Below are positions 54,680 through 59,965 of a DNA stretch of 59,965 nucleotides, piece after piece. The DNA comes from Ministeria vibrans ATCC 50519 (lineage: Eukaryota; Protista; Filasterea). The notes beneath the pieces were generated by a model. The model did not search any database. It was not told the origin of the DNA and saw nothing but the letters and a program-made list of their open reading frames with translations. The first letter of the stretch is position 1; every line of letters begins with the position of its first letter. The position numbers and the translations under genes were made by a program. The stretch is from assembly GCA_943704425.1 (NCBI GenBank), contig CALSCP010000031.1, positions 101,869 to 161,833 of the forward strand. Reading direction: 5' to 3'.

Positions 54680-56554
54680 ATGGTGTCCATCGTGGCTTCG
54701 TCGGCAATCCCATTTGCCGTTGTTGTCGGAGTACGATTTTTTTTATATGTTTGTCATTTCCCCAACAACTCTTTCTCTTTCGCATAGCTTTGCGTGGCGT
54801 TTGCCTTCGCCTTTGTCATGTACTATCGGGCGCCACGCACGGAAGCGTTTGTCTTGACGACCGTCTCGGTGACGCTGCTGGCCTCTCTGCTCTGTGTGGG
54901 CCTGGTGCCCATGGACATTTTCATTGCGTCGTCGACGAAAACTCCCGCTGGCGAGTTCGCCTCCTGGGCGACCAACAGCACCGTTGGGAAGGTCGACAGC
55001 GCACTCACCACCACCTACTATGTTCTCTATGGCGTCGTGTTGACGCTGGCCTTTGCCGCGCTGCCGTTTGTCTTCTTTTACGCGGAAGACGAAGACGGCG
55101 ACATTGACGACGACGAGGAGGAGGAGGACGCTGCGACTGCGCGGTCCAGAGCACGCTCGGGCACCCCTGCCCTCTCGACCTCGTCCAAGTCGTCGAAGCG
55201 CGCGTGTCGTGCCCTCAAGTTCACCATAGGGTTTCTTGTGCTCTTTGCCATCCTTATGGTCATTGGGGTGTTTGTGTCGGGGGGGTCGAAGCCGCCGGAC
55301 GAGGACGAGCTGCGCTGGATCAAGGAGGTGATTACGCAGAACCGTGGCGAGCACGCACTCTCGTTTGTCATTGGTGTGCTTACACTGCTGGGCATGGCGC
55401 TCATGTGTGTGTATACGGCGATTGGCATGTCTGCCATGCCTCTGCACCTCATCCGTGGACGTCGCAAGGCCTCCGACGAGCTGCTCGACGTCGACACGGA
55501 GCGTGGTCGAGTGCGTGCCGATCGCCACATTCTCTTGCGTAAGTATCGCAAGTACACGACGACCACGGCAACCGCGGCAGCCATGAGCTACGGGGACAAC
55601 GACAACGACGATGACGACAACGACAACGATGTGTACGAGACATTTGAAGATGACGAGACGACTGGCGCTGACGGCGAGCTACAGCGTGTGCCCATGATGA
55701 CACCCGCACAGCGTGCGCGACGCAGCCAACACCAGGCACTTATTCAGAGCATGTCGTCGACCGACCGCGCAACGTACCGTGCTCTTGAGCGCAAAGAGCG
55801 TCTCATGCGCACACAGGAGCGACGTCTTGCGGCCGCCGAGCAGGGTTGCCTCGCGCGCTGCTGCATGCTTTTGCGACCCTTTCAAGTCATATTTGGCGTC
55901 GTCTTTGCACTCTTCTCCCTGCTCATCATTGTGTCAATTCTCCTGACGAGCATCGACAAGGCACTCCACGGCCTTGGCCCCCACGCGGGCTACGCCCTAC
56001 CTCGTCCCCAGATTCCCAACCCCGTTGACACCACTCTCATGTTCCTCTCGCGTGCCTATCCCCTCGACTATGTGCTCTTCTGCTGCCTCGTCGTTTACCT
56101 CATTCTGTGCACCACCAATGGCATTGTGCGCATTGGTATTCGTGCGCTCTGGATCAAACTGTTTGACGTGCGACGCGCGCGCACGGTCGCCCAGGCACTT
56201 GTTCTCGTGGTTTTCGTGGTGTGCACCGTAGTGCTAGCCCTCGACGCCCTCCTCCTCACCATCGCGCCACAATACATGGCCTACGGCACCCAGCATTACC
56301 TCGTTAACGGCACTATCATCGAGCAGTGCTCCACGGCCGCCCCACAGGGCCTCTGCACCCTCACTCGTGTCTCCGCCCTCTACAACCGCTTCTTCTACTC
56401 ACTCACCTTCTTCGGCGTTGTCTTCTACTGGGCCAACTGGGTCTTCATTGCCGTGTTTGTCGTCGGTACCATCTTTTACCTCATGCGCGGACGACAGGCG
56501 GCCATCTCGGGCGCATCATCCCTGGCTTACGATTCGTTGGCCGATGACGAATGA
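54680..56554 (+). CDS. LMBRD1: Lysosomal cobalamin transport escort protein LMBD1 (LMBR1 family)
   Basis: LVPMDIF, LPFVFFYAE, ALKFT, YTAIGMSAMPL.LI, LRPFQ, LLTSIDKALH, NP.D...YPLDY, GIR.LWIKLF..R..RT.AQA and APQYMAYGTQ.Y. Confidence 0.92.
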
Positions 56555-56664
56555 AAGTAACACAGTAAACAAACTTATCATCTTGCATTATTATGAGTGT
56601 TATAACTTGTAAGTTGTAAGTGAGTTAACTCTTTAATTATTTTATTGTTTACTGTGTGCACCGA

Positions 56665-59600
56665 ATGTCCAATCGAGTCATACTATGCTCCGTGGCGATC
56701 GTGCCGTCGCGGACGTGCTTTGTGCGCGTGCCCGTGTCGCTGCTGTCGGGTGCTTCGTCGTCGCAAGTTCGCGTGGTTGCCCTGCAGCACCTGTCGTCGC
56801 CTCGCCTCTTCTACACGAGTGCCACGGGCGCGTCGCACAATGGACAGTCGATTGAAATGGACGCTGCCTTTGCGCAGGTTCGCTGGTTCTCTCAAATTGA
56901 AGCACGCTCTTCGTGACACCTCTCTCGATTTTTTTGTCTTGTGTGTGTGCAGTGTTGTGGCCTCGCGTCGGGCGATTCGGTCAACGCCTACCTTGTGCTT
57001 GGTTCACCTGTTGCTACCACGGTGAGTTGTGAGCCGGTCAACGTCGACGACTGGGAGATTCTCGAGACACACGCAGGACGACTCGAGGCGAACGCACTCA
57101 ACCAGCTGCGCGTCGTGCAACCCGGCCAACAACTGCCTCTGTGGGTGTCTCCGTCGACCTTTGTTCGTGTGACCATCTCCAGTGTAACTGCTGGCAAGGA
57201 GACCTCAATTTTGCCTCGTCACTGTGCCATACTCGCGAGCGACACGACCGAGCTGCATGTCAAGCCTGTGCCTCGTCCTCTGCTGCGTCCCTCAAAAGAA
57301 GCCGACGACTCGGCATCCGTGGCTGCACCGCCCTTCTCTGCACGATTGCGTGTGCTTCCTGCTATTGCTGTGACTGCAAGTGACTGCACTGCATATGTGC
57401 GTGCCGACTCAGGCTACACTGCGGGCACCACAGTGAAGGTGGGTGACCATGCGTATGCGCGCATTTCGCCCATTGTCGAGGATAGCCTCGTGCCGGTGGG
57501 CCATTGCGTGTTGAGCGAGATTCTTCGACGTAGTGCACGAGTCGCTGCCTACGAAACCATTCAGATTGGCGAGTGCAGCACGGACGACGACGTCAACGAT
57601 GCCACCGACACTTCTGGCCAGGGGGTGTGCCTACACTTGTGTGGTGGCAATTCACGCGACGACAGTGTGCGCGACTTTTCTGCTTGGGTTTTGGCAAATC
57701 GGCCCTCTGTGTTGTTCACGGGAATGCATTTTTGTGTCGACAACAGGCAGTACCGCATTCGCCTTGCTGATTCTTCTTCCTCGTGCCTTGTGGTCGACGA
57801 CATTTCCCAGGTGGAGAGTCTCCTAGTCAACTGTGTGTGGAAACCGCAGCAACTGGACAATGGAGATGTCGGTAGCACCTTCAACGATGAAAGGGACGGC
57901 TGTCTCGGGGAGGACGCATCGCGTCCCCTGCGCGGCCTCAACACACAATTGGACGAGATTCAGACGACACTCGACACGCTCCTCATGTTTCCTCGTCTCG
58001 TCCACCTTGGGCCGGGCTCCAATATCGTGCACCATCTTGTGCTGGTGGCCGGACAATGTGGCACGGGTAAGTCGCATTTACTGACACAATTGGCCGGTCG
58101 CTACGCATCGAGTCCTGCTCATGCGAACCCCGTGCGAGTGGCATGTCGCGACGCTCTTCTAACGGGCCATCGTGGGTTTCTGGAGGCCCTCGAGTCCGCA
58201 TTAGAGCGCGCACGAGCCACCTTCCCGGCTTTGCTCTTGCTGGATGATTTGGACGCGGCCCTACCGTGCGACACGGAAAGAAGCGGTGCGCACTCGAGTA
58301 GCGTGCGCATTGTGGCGCGCGTGTGTGAGTTGCTTCAGCAACACCAACCTTGCGCTCCCATTGTTGCGACGTGCGCCACTTTCGCCTCGCTGCATCCCAT
58401 GCTCCTTGAGGCGCTTCATGTCAAGTCGGTCACACTGTCAACGCCCACGGCGAGTTCACTTGCAGCCATTCTTGCCGACGTGGGCGTGAATGGCACCGAG
58501 ACACTCATGGCGGGGGATGGGCGTCACTTTGAAGGGTGCGTTGGCGGTGACCTGTCGATGTTGGTGAAACGTGCACGTCGATGCCAGCAGGCGATGGGTG
58601 CGGGCGAACTGACTGTCGATGACATTGTGAGAGCACGACAGGGGTATACGTCGCTAGCAATGCGCACCATTGGCAAAGACGGCGACGCTGCTGGTGGTCA
58701 TAATGACTCGGTGTCTAACGCGCCGGTGGGTCTTGCGCGTGTGGGCGGACTAGCGCGAGCCAAAGCACTACTGGAGGAGGCAGTGTTGTGGCCGGTGCGA
58801 CACGCAACGGTGTTTGCACAGTGTCCCGTGCGCATCGCTCGGGGTGTTTTGCTGTACGGGCCACCGGGCTGCGGTAAGACGCTGTTGGCAACGGCGATTG
58901 CCGAAGAGTGTGGTCTGCCGTTGCTGTCGGTACGCGGACCCGAGTTGCTCAACAAGTACATTGGCGAGAGCGAGCGTGGCGTGCGTGAGTTGTTTGTGCG
59001 CGCGCGCACCGCCAAACCCTGTGTTCTGTTTTTTGACGAGTTTGACGCTGTAGCGCGTCGTCGTGGCGGCAAGGACAACACGGGCGTGACGGATCGCGTT
59101 GTCAACCAGCTGCTTACGCAACTTGACGGTGTACACGGTCTCGAGGGAGTACATGTGATTGCGGCGACGAGTCGGCCCGATCTGCTTGATCCGGCTCTGA
59201 TGCGACCTGGACGACTCGACTGCCGCGTCTACTGTGGTGCGCCGACATGTGAGACGGAGGTTGCTGAAATTTTGTGTGCTCTTGCGGCTACGTGGGCTGA
59301 GGGTGAAGCTGCTGAGAGCGGATGTGACTGGCGGAAAGTTGCGCGAGCGTGTCCTGGCGGTGTGACAGGTGCCGACTGTAAGGCCATTGTGGGCAGTGCG
59401 TATGTGGCAGCGGTGCATGCAACCATGGAGAAGCGCAAGGCAGAGGCGCTGCAATTGATTGAAGGCGGTCAAGACCTTGCAAAGAGCACACCGGGGACCG
59501 TGGTGTTACGTGGTGGGGAGCGAACAAACGACGATGGTGATGATGACGCGTGGGCTGCGGTGGCCAGTGTCGCAGGTCATCAGCGACAACACGAGCTCAT

Positions 59601-59862
59601 TGCGACCGGACCACAGACGGACACAACAGCATCAGCTGCAGCAGTGACGTCCAAAGTGACACTCACCGAGGGACAACTGATTGCGTCGGCAGAAACGACA
59701 CGCGCGTCCCTGCGCACCGCAGACACCTGGCTGGCCCTGCATGCGCCCTTCTTCTCGGCCGACGACCGTGCTGCTCTGCTAGACGCGTCGCCTAGTGTCA
59801 CTCCCACTGGCGATGCGAGCACAGACTTGTCTGAGCGAGCAAAACGTATCATGTGTATGTAA
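56665..59862 (+). CDS. PEX1: Peroxisomal AAA+ ATPase PEX1
   Basis: The PEX1 N-domain motif EPVNVDDWEILETHA..LE...LNQ.R is present. Degenerate D1 (GQCGTGKS, LLDDLD) and conserved D2 (GPPGCGKT, GPELLNKYIG.SE, FFDEFD, DNTGVTDRVVNQLLTQLDG). Confidence 0.95.
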
Positions 59863-59965
59863 TGTAAACCATTCTTCTTCGTAGTATAATACTATTGTTT
59901 TATTTATTTTGTCACTCTTGTAAATGAGATTTTCCGACATACGTAAAGTTCTAGAGGGGGGGGGG

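Overview
This is gene-dense eukaryotic DNA with many short GT-AG introns, AT-rich intergenic spacers of about 30-280 bp, (CT)n/(CA)n microsatellites and scaffold gaps. The gene content (LASP with nebulin repeats, a TKL kinase, an RSPRY1-like ARM-SPRY protein, an FGF-like gene) suggests a unicellular holozoan; this is an inference. About 28 protein-coding genes or gene fragments can be reconstructed by hand. Conserved genes: SRP19, ANAPC5, MED14, SLC44/CTL, OGFOD1, ZNHIT6/BCD1, an SNX13/14/19/25-type nexin, LASP, LSM6, a GH3 glycosidase, DENND6, TRNT1, LMBRD1 and PEX1. There is also a ~2.1-kb piggyBac element whose transposase has two frameshifts. The most interesting block is 27.3-32.9 kb. It holds a tandem pair of orphan basic proteins starting MGKTYGHF, a cubilin-N-like secreted mini-protein ending in a truncated EGF motif, a secreted beta-propeller-like protein, and a 4-exon, 141-aa, His-rich, signal-less FGF-like beta-trefoil gene that the ORF track shows only as fragments. 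Two junctions look like assembly collapses at low-complexity tracts: GSTK/kinase at ~24.7 kb and ARM-SPRY/TRNT1 at ~53.4 kb. All family assignments come from motif recognition by eye; no searches were run.
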